From a virus (Duplodnaviria > Caudoviricetes), in IMG/VR virus record IMGVR_UViG_3300037634_005756, positions 1 to 25,571 of that record: a DNA stretch of 25,571 nucleotides; one strand, 5' to 3'. The notes under the pieces are model-generated. The model was not told the origin of the DNA. It saw nothing but the letters and a program-made list of their open reading frames with translations, and did no database searches. This document shows, piece after piece, positions 1 to 9,711 of this stretch (its first letter is position 1; each line of letters starts with the position of its first letter). A program made the position numbers and the translations under genes.

Positions 1-54
1 TTCCTTTTTTTCACATAAAGGACAATTTATCACTACTTTAAAATTATTTTCCAT
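1..54 (-). CDS. 5' end of a gene running off the window, CxxC-containing protein
   Basis: ATG at 54 overlaps the end of the upstream gene; reads MENNFKVVINCPLCEKKE, open to the window edge. Confidence 0.6.
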   Translation of the reverse strand, partial: MENNFKVVINCPLCEKKE

Positions 55-613
55 GTTTAACTCCCCAGAAATATAAATCTGCTATTGGTGGTGGAGCATA
101 ATAAAATTTGTGATGTTTAAAAATACTTTCAATATCCAAAACTTCTTTTACATCGCTCTCACTCAAATTCTTATAATAATTTTGCCATTTTTCCCAATCA
201 GGGTCTTTTTTATTATCAGTTAAAGTAACTCCAGAATCTTGTGGTGTAGTTCTCAAGGTACCGTGTTCCAATCTGCCAGGTGCACCACAACTAAATACAA
301 ACAAACCACCAGGCTTTAACATCCTAACAATATTTTTTAATGTCTTATCATAATACATGTCATGCTCAAAACATTCAGTTGATATAATAGTATCAAATGA
401 TTCACTTTCACCATCGTATTCATGACCTTTAGATACAACATCAACATTATCACCATCTATAATATCAACTCCAGTATAGTTACAATTTTCAAATAAAAAT
501 TTATTATTACCATTGATATCATATGAGCCTATATCTAAAACTATCTTATCCACAAAGCTTTCACGAAATGTTTCTTTTACTTTAGTAGTAAATAATTTCT
601 GTGCATCATGCAT
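44..613 (-). CDS. Class I SAM-dependent methyltransferase (Methyltransf_11-like)
   Basis: Motif I VLDIGSYD, YTGVDI, FDTIISTECFEH, LKPGGLF. Confidence 0.85.
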   Translation of the reverse strand: MHDAQKLFTTKVKETFRESFVDKIVLDIGSYDINGNNKFLFENCNYTGVDIIDGDNVDVVSKGHEYDGESESFDTIISTECFEHDMYYDKTLKNIVRMLKPGGLFVFSCGAPGRLEHGTLRTTPQDSGVTLTDNKKDPDWEKWQNYYKNLSESDVKEVLDIESIFKHHKFYYAPPPIADLYFWGVKHGK

Positions 614-2010
614 TATTCAACTCCCTCTATATATTTATTAGGTTCAACTCCAACCTTTTTTAAAGCATTATCAAATTGTGACATATCAACACTAGGCGAA
701 TCATCCGAGTCCATCATTTTCAATTTTGGAAGTTTTAAAGCTTTATTCTCAGGCATATCAGATGTATACTTATCCATTATTTCACCTATCTTTTTTGTCA
801 TAGAATCATGAGAAAATTTCTCTCTATTAATTTTCATCAATTTTTTAGCTTTAGTTTTTAAATCATAATGATTTTGTGAAGCAAATTTAAATAAATGAGA
901 AGCTTGATTCTCATCTATTGTAAACCATTGACTTTCAGGAACAATTATATTTTCCCATACCGCTGATTGAGGAACTTTATCTAATTTACCACCAATCAAT
1001 AAAGAATGGTCTTCACTCAAAAAATCAACCTGACCGCTCCAATTTGAAGCCATAACTGGCAATCCAACCAATGTAGCTTCCAACATAGGTCTTCCAAATC
1101 CTTCTCCGTGAGTAAATGTAACTAAAGATTTTACTTTTGGATGATTGTATAGATAATTCATTTCTTCACTTGATAAATCACCATGTAAAAGATATACATT
1201 TGGAAGTTTTACATTACTGGGAAATGCAGCTTTTATTTGCAATATTTTTCTTTTTATATCAACCTTATCAAGTAATGACAATGTAGCACCGCTTGTTTTT
1301 AGTATCAATGCCGGCTTTTTACTTTCATTTGCAAATGTTTCATAAAATATTTTTATCATTCTAGCAATATCTTTTCTATCCTCACCATAATTACCTTTAA
1401 CCCATTGACCTACTGATAAAAAAGCTTCTTTTTCAGGTACTGTTTCATTTAACATATCAAAAAATTCTGAATCTATTTCATCATACTTCAACGGTTTAAA
1501 TACATCTAAATCAGAACCTTCAAATACAACTTCCATTGGTTTTTGAAGGGTTAATTCTCCGAGTTTTTGGGGACCCTGTGGTGTTTCTTGTAATTTGTCA
1601 AATTTAGAATTAACAAATGAACCTTTACTATGCTCTGAAGGTACTATAATCAAATCCATTTTGTTACACCCTTCTAACCATAAACCAGAAACTGCAGTCG
1701 TTTCTATGCCAGCGGTTATACCAATATTAAATTTACCAATAGTTTGAAACTCATTTGGTATTCTAATATCAACATATATGTCAGGTTGAGCTCCATATTT
1801 TTGAATGTCATCGATAATAATATCTTTTATAATTTTATTTTTTGGAGTATCTTCATCTAATGCATTTCTAGGACATCCGCCCCACCTTACATCAAAAACT
1901 TTTATATCAAATTTATTTAAATTATAAAATGAATGAAATAAATCTCTAGCGTGGTCACCATATCCACTCCTACTCGATAAAGGTCCAACTATTAACATTC
2001 TCTTTTTCAT
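613..2010 (-). CDS. GT-B glycosyltransferase (GT4-like)
   Basis: SRSGYG N-terminal loop and HGEGFGRPMLEA (EX7E) motif; start moved to ATG 2010 (TAATG overlap). Confidence 0.85.
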   Translation of the reverse strand: MKKRMLIVGPLSSRSGYGDHARDLFHSFYNLNKFDIKVFDVRWGGCPRNALDEDTPKNKIIKDIIIDDIQKYGAQPDIYVDIRIPNEFQTIGKFNIGITAGIETTAVSGLWLEGCNKMDLIIVPSEHSKGSFVNSKFDKLQETPQGPQKLGELTLQKPMEVVFEGSDLDVFKPLKYDEIDSEFFDMLNETVPEKEAFLSVGQWVKGNYGEDRKDIARMIKIFYETFANESKKPALILKTSGATLSLLDKVDIKRKILQIKAAFPSNVKLPNVYLLHGDLSSEEMNYLYNHPKVKSLVTFTHGEGFGRPMLEATLVGLPVMASNWSGQVDFLSEDHSLLIGGKLDKVPQSAVWENIIVPESQWFTIDENQASHLFKFASQNHYDLKTKAKKLMKINREKFSHDSMTKKIGEIMDKYTSDMPENKALKLPKLKMMDSDDSPSVDMSQFDNALKKVGVEPNKYIEGVE

Positions 2011-3383
2011 TACACTACCTCCAATGTATATTTTTCTCTCGGTTTCCATTTTTCAAATGCAGTACCCATATGTTCAATAAAAGCTTCTCCCATATATTTT
2101 GAATCCATTCCAATTTTTTTAGATGATACATATTCCATTCCCTTCTCACCTGCTTCTGCTCTACCATCAGGTCCTTTATCATACCAATACCGTATTGCTT
2201 CACCAGCATCTTCATATGAACATCTGTCATCAAAGATATATGGTGTTTGTGGTGAACCTTGACAACTTATATTTGTTGGAAATACAGGTTTAACCCATTC
2301 TCCATGTTTCTGATAATCTCCTCTGTGATTGGAACCTAACTCGACATAATCATCAGCAGTTAGATACTCACCCTTTTCATTTTTGAATCCACATTGGTCT
2401 TGTAATCCACCAGTTACATTGACTATAATTGGTGTTCCACAAGTTAGAGCTTCAGCTGAACCTAACCCAAATCCTTCGTTTGATGCTAAATTAATGTAAA
2501 CATCCGATGAATTAAAAAGATAATTTAATTCTTGGTCAGACATAGGACCTTTTACTTCATACGAAAATATTACTGGATATTGAGGACATAAAGCTTGATG
2601 CACCGCTTTTAAATCAGTTCCGTTTTCATCTCTGACAGCTGTATGAAATACCATAATACAATCTTTTCTTTGTTCTTCCGTGAGTCCATCCATAAAATGT
2701 TTGTAAGCTAACATAACATCACCAGGATTCTTTCTACGAATATTTCTGTTAAGGAAAAGAAGTTTAAATTTATATTTATCTAATCCGTATTGATATAAAA
2801 ATTGTTTATATTTTAAATCTGAATCTTCTACTTTAAAAACATGATTATGATCTATTCCATGTGGTACATATTTAATCTGCCAGTCTTCGTAATCTTTTAA
2901 AATCCTTTTATTAATACCATATGTTTGTTTTGATATAGCCATTAACAAATCGGAGCTCCTGTAATAATACTCATTGTACCACGGGTCTGGTAAATCATCC
3001 CATATGTTATAATAAAAAATTGGACACTTTTGTCGAACTTCGTGTTCCATTTCATATAACCAAATCCAAAATCTTGGGTCTGTAAAATGTAGAATAGCAT
3101 CTGGTTTTTCTAATTCCATAAGTTGTCTCAATAAGTCCGGATTACCATAACCAGTAACTGGATATATAATTACCGATGACCCTTCAGGCATCTTATAATT
3201 CTCATCACTCTGGACTACTACTCTTTTACCTTCTTCAGGATGTTTTACTGCTCCACCTATTTGAACCCAATCATATTTATCTAATGTATTAGTAACTATT
3301 TCACGAGACTGCCGCGCAACACCACTATGCATTCTAATATCATCAGATAATAATAATATTTTCTTTTTCTTTGATTTAGACAT
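2010..3383 (-). CDS. GT-B glycosyltransferase (GT4-like)
   Basis: HSGVAR, VPHGID, NRNIRRK, NEGFGLGSAEALTCGTP. Confidence 0.88.
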   Translation of the reverse strand: MSKSKKKKILLLSDDIRMHSGVARQSREIVTNTLDKYDWVQIGGAVKHPEEGKRVVVQSDENYKMPEGSSVIIYPVTGYGNPDLLRQLMELEKPDAILHFTDPRFWIWLYEMEHEVRQKCPIFYYNIWDDLPDPWYNEYYYRSSDLLMAISKQTYGINKRILKDYEDWQIKYVPHGIDHNHVFKVEDSDLKYKQFLYQYGLDKYKFKLLFLNRNIRRKNPGDVMLAYKHFMDGLTEEQRKDCIMVFHTAVRDENGTDLKAVHQALCPQYPVIFSYEVKGPMSDQELNYLFNSSDVYINLASNEGFGLGSAEALTCGTPIIVNVTGGLQDQCGFKNEKGEYLTADDYVELGSNHRGDYQKHGEWVKPVFPTNISCQGSPQTPYIFDDRCSYEDAGEAIRYWYDKGPDGRAEAGEKGMEYVSSKKIGMDSKYMGEAFIEHMGTAFEKWKPREKYTLEVV

Positions 3384-3403
3384 ATATAACCCTTTAAATT
3401 TTG

Positions 3404-3610
3404 TTAAAAACTACTGCCCGATTCCTTAAGGTCCATGTAGTTATCAATTTTTTCTTTGAAATTTTCGTCTTGTAAATACATTGTTATGGAACGATTTACC
3501 AATTGTTGCAAATTGACATCACCATCAATAGTTACATGTTTAAAATCATTATATAACTCTTTTACAATTTTTACCGAAGTTAATTTTATATCACTTTTTA
3601 TACTCATCAT
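3404..3610 (-). CDS. Small ribbon-helix-helix-like DNA-binding protein
   Basis: LTSVKI strand followed by two amphipathic helices (KELYNDFK, NLQQLVNRSITMYL). Confidence 0.55.
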   Translation of the reverse strand: MMSIKSDIKLTSVKIVKELYNDFKHVTIDGDVNLQQLVNRSITMYLQDENFKEKIDNYMDLKESGSSF

Positions 3611-3647
3611 ATATACATATATATAAATTAAATAAAACCACTACTTT

Positions 3648-4049
3648 TTATTCAATTATTATATATTTTTTTTCAAATTTTTTAGCATAATTTATAGTTG
3701 ACATTGTACCTTTAGCTTCAACACCCCTGGGTATAAAGGCAACTATATAATCTGCAGTACCTGCTATTATCTTATTTCTAACATGATAATTTACCGTCTT
3801 ATATTCTTTACCATATCTTGATTGCGGTAATGGACAATATAAATTATGTGGAAAATGTGATGGCGGATACTCTGCATATTGCAATCCCAATTCTAATGTA
3901 TACTTCTTAACATATCTATCAGCACCATCTTTATTACCACCACTTATTACAAGTGTATCCTCACCATATTCATTTTTAAGTTTGAAAATAAAATCCTTTA
4001 TCTTTTTTTTATTTTCGTATCTTCTACTACCTACGATTCCTACTTTCAT
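3648..4049 (-). CDS. SLOG-family protein (DUF2493/YspA/DprA-like)
   Basis: VGIVGSR, ISGG..GAD, RNKII, KGTMSTI motifs. Confidence 0.8.
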   Translation of the reverse strand: MKVGIVGSRRYENKKKIKDFIFKLKNEYGEDTLVISGGNKDGADRYVKKYTLELGLQYAEYPPSHFPHNLYCPLPQSRYGKEYKTVNYHVRNKIIAGTADYIVAFIPRGVEAKGTMSTINYAKKFEKKYIIIE

Positions 4050-4398
4050 TATTATCCCTTTGACTCATATATTTTATTATTCTAATATAAAAATCAATTC
4101 CACTTAATATATCACCATCACAATGATATCTCCATCGACTTTTATCTCCATTGTTTCCGATTACAAACCAACTATAAAAAAACTTTTTAGTAATTTGAGT
4201 GCTCATTTTAAATAAAATTTCTTCATTTCTCTTTACAAAATTTTTGACATCTTTTTCCGATAAATTTTCATTCCAAAAAATAACTCTAAATTGTTTGCCT
4301 GTAATATTACGAGCTTTCATTAAAGCATTCAATACTTCTTCTTCAAACTTTTCATCCTTAATAATATTATCAAGCTGTATTCTTATAGAAAGTTTCAT
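4027..4398 (-). CDS. Hypothetical protein
   Basis: 123 aa ORF, TAATG-coupled to the upstream gene. Confidence 0.65.
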   Translation of the reverse strand: MKLSIRIQLDNIIKDEKFEEEVLNALMKARNITGKQFRVIFWNENLSEKDVKNFVKRNEEILFKMSTQITKKFFYSWFVIGNNGDKSRWRYHCDGDILSGIDFYIRIIKYMSQRDNNESRNRR

Positions 4399-5258
4399 TA
4401 TTTTACTCCAACATTACAGTATTCTGTCTGATTAAACTCACAAAATCTACAAGATTTCTTACTTGGTTCTGGAAACAGCTTTTCAGTATTATAACTACCA
4501 TCATCGCGAAATGCAGTATCTATAAAATGCCCTAACCTCTTACCAACTCTATTCATACTAATTTTACCACTCGCAGGTGCCCATTGTTGTATTCTCTTCT
4601 GTGGCCAGTCACAATTTTCATACAGTTTCCGTTTCACTATAAAGTATTCCACTTCTATATTTTCAACAGGAACATCATATTGTTTTGCATAAAATTGTTT
4701 ATACAATAAAAGTTGTTGAGTTTTGTTCTCATCTTTCTTCATCCATTTATTCCAACCTTTAGTAGATGTTTTGATATCATAGATTGTAATCATTCCTGTA
4801 GGTTTATGTCTTATAACTATATCAAGATATCCAACCATTTTGATATTCTTTTGTAAATCAACCTCTATAGGTACTTCACATCCAATCAATTCATAGTTTT
4901 TCTTACCGAAATACATATTTCTTTTCTTCTTAAAGTAGTCAATTATTTCTACACCTTGTTCATAAAACTCTTGTAATTCTTCTTTAGTACAAGGTGGTTT
5001 ACCTTCAGCTTCTTCAGCTTGTTTGAATCCTTCAACCATCTTCTCACGAAGTACTCTATCGTATCCAATCATATCTGCTCTTTTAGCAGTATCGTAATAC
5101 ATAACCTCAAGATATTTTTGGAGTACTTCGTGCATCGCAGTACCAAATATTAGATATATATTGGATTCAAAAATTCGTAAGTCATCAACATAATTCAGTT
5201 TCCAACGATGTGGACATTCTGAAAACATTGAGAGTTGTGAATAAGATATTTTACTCAT
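4398..5258 (-). CDS. PD-(D/E)XK exonuclease, Cas4/AddB-like, with putative Fe-S cysteines
   Basis: ISYSQL..CP, FGTAMH, GYLDIV, YDIKTS, QLLLY, C-terminal CRFC...C. Confidence 0.88.
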   Translation of the reverse strand: MSKISYSQLSMFSECPHRWKLNYVDDLRIFESNIYLIFGTAMHEVLQKYLEVMYYDTAKRADMIGYDRVLREKMVEGFKQAEEAEGKPPCTKEELQEFYEQGVEIIDYFKKKRNMYFGKKNYELIGCEVPIEVDLQKNIKMVGYLDIVIRHKPTGMITIYDIKTSTKGWNKWMKKDENKTQQLLLYKQFYAKQYDVPVENIEVEYFIVKRKLYENCDWPQKRIQQWAPASGKISMNRVGKRLGHFIDTAFRDDGSYNTEKLFPEPSKKSCRFCEFNQTEYCNVGVK

Positions 5259-5703
5259 TATTGATTAACCATGACGAAGATTGAATTTTTCCTCCTCCAA
5301 CTCCCCATAACATAACTACACCTAATTCTTTACACACATCAACTTCAGGTACATTATCAATTTTTCTATCTCCACCATTTGCAAAATAGATTTTTTGGTC
5401 AGTATCATACATATCATCTACTTTTTCAATTAAGTCACAAGCAGAGTCATCTGAATCATCGAATGGTATAACTTGATTTATGTATCTAAACGCTTCAAGT
5501 ATTTCTTTTCTTTCTCTAAAGTCCATAAATGGTTTATCCTTTTTACGAATCAACCATTCATCTGAATTTAATCCTACTATTACTTGGTGTCCTAACCAAC
5601 TAGCTTCTCTAAACATTCGTAAATGCCCTTTATGAACTGGGTCAAATCCACCACTTACAATTATAATTGACCTACGCCAATCTTTATTCCAATTTCTTTC
5701 CAT
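5251..5703 (-). CDS. Cytidylyltransferase-family nucleotidyltransferase
   Basis: SGGFDPVHKGH (HxGH), GLNSD, ANGGDR, SSS; start at TAATG 5703. Confidence 0.88.
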   Translation of the reverse strand: MERNWNKDWRRSIIIVSGGFDPVHKGHLRMFREASWLGHQVIVGLNSDEWLIRKKDKPFMDFRERKEILEAFRYINQVIPFDDSDDSACDLIEKVDDMYDTDQKIYFANGGDRKIDNVPEVDVCKELGVVMLWGVGGGKIQSSSWLINNE

Positions 5704-6137
5704 TATTTGCCCCATTTACCATTCTGAACTATTTGAGCAATTATACCATAAACGGCCAAATCTTTAAATGCATCAATAGTCGGTTCATTCTGAGCTTCTC
5801 TATTACTTTTTATAACAAGATTGATTAACCTTTGTACCTTGTCATTAATCCTAACTATAAGCCCTATCTTACTCAATCTTTTTTCTTCACCTGTTTTCAA
5901 GTCAGTACCCATAGCAATATTACTTGGACCATAGTCCATCTGTTTTTTACAGAATAATTCATATTGTTCTTTCTGTATCCTTTTGAACTCTATTGCTGTC
6001 TCTGGATATGCTTCTTCTATAAAATTTATAGCAGTTGTCATATCAGTTCGTACCTCCATATATGGGTCACCGCCCATCTGGTCTGTATTTGTATCTGCTT
6101 CTTTATAACTTGTAGTCTCTTTTATCGCTTTATTCAT
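5703..6137 (-). CDS. DUF1599-like nucleotide-modification-associated domain protein
   Basis: KKQMDYG, RINDKVQRL, DAFKDLAVYGII pattern. Confidence 0.75.
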   Translation of the reverse strand: MNKAIKETTSYKEADTNTDQMGGDPYMEVRTDMTTAINFIEEAYPETAIEFKRIQKEQYELFCKKQMDYGPSNIAMGTDLKTGEEKRLSKIGLIVRINDKVQRLINLVIKSNREAQNEPTIDAFKDLAVYGIIAQIVQNGKWGK

Positions 6138-8268
6138 TTATAATTTCCTCCCTGGCTTCAACCATATTTTTCATTGATTCTTTTGTTTCTTCCCAACCTC
6201 TTGTTTTCAATCCACAATCGGGGTTAATCCAAAACTGACTTCTAGGTATAACTCTTAAAGCTCTCTTCAAGATTTTTACCATATCATCTTTTGTTGGAAT
6301 TGATGGTGAATGTATATCCCATACACCCAAACCAATCTGTCTTTTAAAATCAATGTTTTCAAATGCTTCTATGATTTCACCACCACTTCGTGAACACTCA
6401 ATTGAAACTACATCAAAATCTAATTGATTTATCTCATTAACAATTTCATTAAACTCTGAATAACACATATGACAATGTATTTGAGTTTCTGGATTTGTAT
6501 TAACTGATAAATTATAAGATTTAATTGCCCAATCAAAATATTCTTTATGATATTTTTTCTTAATAGGAACTAATTCTCTAAATGCCGGTTCATCAACTTG
6601 TACCATCTGTATGCCAGCTTTCTCATAATCACGGATCTCATCTTGAAGAGCTAATGCAATTTGATAAGATACATTTTCAATTGGAATATCTTTTCTAACG
6701 AAATCCCAAGCCATAATTGTAACTGCACCTGTCAACATTCCTTTTACAGGTTTATCAGTAAGTGATTGTGCATAAGCTACTTCATCAATCGTCATTGGTT
6801 TTGGTCTTGATACATCTCCGTGAATAATAGATGGTCTATAAACACGAGTACCATATGAGATAATCCAACCATTATCAGTAGATGACATTCCATCTAATCT
6901 CTGACAAAAATGTTCAACCATATCACTCCGTTCAGATTCTCCGTGTACAAGAACATCCATACCAATTTCTTCTTGAATATGTACAGCTTCTCTAACAAAT
7001 TGTTTTATATTAGTATTATATTCTGATGTTTCTATCCTACCTTTTTTATGGTCTAATCTATTCAACCTAACATCTTTAGTTTGAGGAAAACTACCAATTG
7101 TTGTTGTTGGTAATTCTGGTAAATTTAAGATTTCATTTTGAATTTTTCTTCTCTCAACAACATCAAGTGGCTTAACAAAATAACTATCAGTAAGATTACC
7201 GACTCTATCTGAAACAATATTATTCCTATCACCAGTATGTTTTGTATATCCTATAGAATCTTTTGCTTTGATAGATAATAACTCTTCAAGTTTTTCAGTT
7301 GCAAACGATAAACTACTATATAAATAATCAGGTAGATTTTTTTCATTTTCAAGAGTTACCGGTAGATGAAATAAAGGAGCTGCATTTGTTACATATAAAT
7401 CATTTGTTAAAGAATTTAAATCTTCTAACTTACTGACTGCATCCTTTACATCGGTCTTCCATACATTTATACCATCAACTAATCCAGCATATAATGTTTT
7501 ACCTCTAGTCTTACTAGAATCTAATTTCAATATATTTTTAAGATTATTCTTACCATTAACAAAATCTAATCCAATTCCACTAACAGGTAAATCGAATAAT
7601 TCTTCTATCCAATCTACATCTTCATAATATGTAAAAACATTTATATTACAATAATTATCAGATGTAAGTTCTGAATAAATAGTTTTTATAATATCTATCT
7701 CATTATCAGTTAAATCCATAACAAATGCTGGTTCATCTACATGGACAACATTCGCCCTCTTAAATATTTCTTTATATAATTTTGCCAACTCAATTCCATA
7801 CTCCATCATATTTTCTTCAGAAATACCCTTAGATAATTTCAAAAATGTAAAAGGACCAATAAAATAAGAATTATCCATTTTTATTTTAAAATTAAATTGA
7901 TTTTTATATTGAGGTTTATCCCACTTACTAAAATCTGGAACAAGATAATGATAATTAGTATTAAACCATTTAGTCATTTCTAAACAATCTTTACCACGAC
8001 ATAATTCGTAGTACTCTGTTGCATTTTTTGGATTATATAATCCAACCATAATAGCAGTATCTAACATTTTATCATATGGAGTAATTTCATTTGATGGATA
8101 TGAATCTACAAATTCTTTGTAAGTATCATATCTTTCATTTTCTATAGATATTAATTCTTTATTTAAAGTTATTTCACTATTTTTTCTTTTCCAAAAATTT
8201 TCTACAATTTTCTTATATTCTCTATTTTTTCCTATTCTCGGAAATCCGTAAGCGTATGTTTTTACCAT
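6130..8268 (-). CDS. metE: Cobalamin-independent methionine synthase
   Basis: GFPRIG, EMTKWFNTNYHYLVP, PTTTIGSFPQT, HGESERSDMVE, Zn ligands HCHMC and NPDCGLKTR; start ATG 8268 with GGAG upstream. Confidence 0.95.
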   Translation of the reverse strand: MVKTYAYGFPRIGKNREYKKIVENFWKRKNSEITLNKELISIENERYDTYKEFVDSYPSNEITPYDKMLDTAIMVGLYNPKNATEYYELCRGKDCLEMTKWFNTNYHYLVPDFSKWDKPQYKNQFNFKIKMDNSYFIGPFTFLKLSKGISEENMMEYGIELAKLYKEIFKRANVVHVDEPAFVMDLTDNEIDIIKTIYSELTSDNYCNINVFTYYEDVDWIEELFDLPVSGIGLDFVNGKNNLKNILKLDSSKTRGKTLYAGLVDGINVWKTDVKDAVSKLEDLNSLTNDLYVTNAAPLFHLPVTLENEKNLPDYLYSSLSFATEKLEELLSIKAKDSIGYTKHTGDRNNIVSDRVGNLTDSYFVKPLDVVERRKIQNEILNLPELPTTTIGSFPQTKDVRLNRLDHKKGRIETSEYNTNIKQFVREAVHIQEEIGMDVLVHGESERSDMVEHFCQRLDGMSSTDNGWIISYGTRVYRPSIIHGDVSRPKPMTIDEVAYAQSLTDKPVKGMLTGAVTIMAWDFVRKDIPIENVSYQIALALQDEIRDYEKAGIQMVQVDEPAFRELVPIKKKYHKEYFDWAIKSYNLSVNTNPETQIHCHMCYSEFNEIVNEINQLDFDVVSIECSRSGGEIIEAFENIDFKRQIGLGVWDIHSPSIPTKDDMVKILKRALRVIPRSQFWINPDCGLKTRGWEETKESMKNMVEAREEIINE

Positions 8269-8684
8269 GTATCTTCTCCCCATTCTTTATATTTATCTTC
8301 TCCACCAAGTGCAACCCAATCACTATCGATTGAAAGTCTTGATGAGAGTCCTCCTCTTGGATTGCAATCCAAGACTAATCTTAATCTTTCAGGTGTATAC
8401 ACCTCTTGCATATGGTCATATAATTGATTTATCAATCTCTCATAAGATATAACCACATCTCTGTATTGTTGTAAGTATTCTTTTAATGATTTCAATTCTA
8501 CAATTCTACCATTTGGATACATCAGAATATATAATGTCGCAAAATCTGGTTGATTATATACTCCTAAAAATGTAACTTCAGGTTGTTTTATCTTTACCTC
8601 ATACGGTTTTACTTTTTCCGGATTAGGTATAGATTTTAACATTGACGAATCTATGTCACTATAAAGTTTTTTTGTTGTACTCAT
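8262..8684 (-). CDS. queF: QueF-like T-fold protein lacking the canonical catalytic Cys
   Basis: QPDFAT, VELKSLKEYL (QueF motif) and PRGG present; EVTFLG in place of EFTSLC. Confidence 0.75.
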   Translation of the reverse strand: MSTTKKLYSDIDSSMLKSIPNPEKVKPYEVKIKQPEVTFLGVYNQPDFATLYILMYPNGRIVELKSLKEYLQQYRDVVISYERLINQLYDHMQEVYTPERLRLVLDCNPRGGLSSRLSIDSDWVALGGEDKYKEWGEDTW

Positions 8685-8829
8685 CTATAAACCTCTGTAA
8701 TTTTATTTCTATTTCCATTTTTTTTCTGTAAGATGTTTTTCCACCTCCTGTATATCTTCGGTAAGTCTTACCTTGATATTTATAATCTTCCCAATGCATA
8801 TCGGGAAATAATTCTAATTGTTTACTCAT
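8659..8829 (-). CDS. Small hypothetical protein, 56 aa (not in ORF track)
   Basis: MSKQLELFPDMHWEDY...NKKTL; ATGA overlap with the upstream stop; fills the gap. Confidence 0.65.
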   Translation of the reverse strand: MSKQLELFPDMHWEDYKYQGKTYRRYTGGGKTSYRKKMEIEIKLQRFIDEYNKKTL

Positions 8830-9245
8830 TTTATATATTTCCTCACTTTTTTAGGTTCTATACCATATAACTCTAAAATCATTTTTAGTTGGTCTTGATT
8901 TATCAACTCAAGATAATCTAAAATATGATTTTTACTTTCTTCAAAATATTCACATAACAAATTTACCAATTCAGGGTCATACTTTTTTGATTTTTTACCT
9001 TTGATATATTTATTGAATCTTTTACCTTTTGGTAATAACTTGCGATAAAATTCATAAATATCTTTATTTTCTAACATACCAATTGAATAAGGCTGAAACA
9101 TATTTACAATTTCAATAAATTCCTTATCCATTGAAAGAAATCTATTAAGAATATAAGGACTGAATGTCTTTTGGTCTGATTCAGAAAATGAATCCCAAGA
9201 TTTTTTATGAACCAATACTTGATTCATCCAATCTATAATTGTCAT
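8826..9245 (-). CDS. Clamp loader small subunit (T4 gp62-like)
   Basis: FSPYILNRFLS, LPKGKRFNKYIK, LLCEYF; size and proximity to clamp loader and clamp. Confidence 0.75.
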   Translation of the reverse strand: MTIIDWMNQVLVHKKSWDSFSESDQKTFSPYILNRFLSMDKEFIEIVNMFQPYSIGMLENKDIYEFYRKLLPKGKRFNKYIKGKKSKKYDPELVNLLCEYFEESKNHILDYLELINQDQLKMILELYGIEPKKVRKYIK

Positions 9246-9454
9246 GGTTTATCCTTCTTCTTATAATCTGTTTCATAAAATCCACTACCTTTGAATTGTG
9301 GTTTACCTGTTTCACCAAATACTCTCTTCATATCTACTATATGCCTGGGTACCATTTTACTACATTTTCCACAAGTAGGTGGTGAGTCATTCATACCTTG
9401 CAATACTTCTTTAATATCCTCACACTCTGGACATTTGAAAGTATAGAAAGGCAT
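9242..9454 (-). CDS. FmdB-family zinc ribbon protein
   Basis: MPFYTFKCPEC...CGKC...FKGSGFYETDY; start at TAATG 9454. Confidence 0.88.
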   Translation of the reverse strand: MPFYTFKCPECEDIKEVLQGMNDSPPTCGKCSKMVPRHIVDMKRVFGETGKPQFKGSGFYETDYKKKDKP

Positions 9455-9711
9455 TATACTGACTTTATATCTGCTTCTTGGAATTCTTTGTTGATGTGAC
9501 CACAAGACTCACAAGCAAACGCTGCTACTGGAACAATAGATTCTTGCCCAGTTGGTGAAATTATTGCCGAAAGTTTTTTCAACATTAAAGTCTGTTTAAA
9601 ACCTTTACACTTACACTTTTCACACTCAAGTGTTTTTGCATGTGTTAAATCTACATTGTCTAATGTTGGAGGTCCACCATCGCCACCGAAATTACCTTTA
9701 ATTACTGACAT
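9454..9711 (-). CDS. Hypothetical zinc-ribbon protein
   Basis: CEKC ... CESCGH. Confidence 0.7.
   Translation of the reverse strand: MSVIKGNFGGDGGPPTLDNVDLTHAKTLECEKCKCKGFKQTLMLKKLSAIISPTGQESIVPVAAFACESCGHINKEFQEADIKSV

Noticed and set aside
3608-3647. (TA)n-rich stretch upstream of the RHH-like gene as an operator
   Set aside because: Low complexity; no specific motif can be supported.
4398-5258. CRISPR-Cas system suggested by the Cas4-like nuclease
   Set aside because: No repeat-spacer array or other cas genes; solo Cas4-like exonucleases are common in phages.
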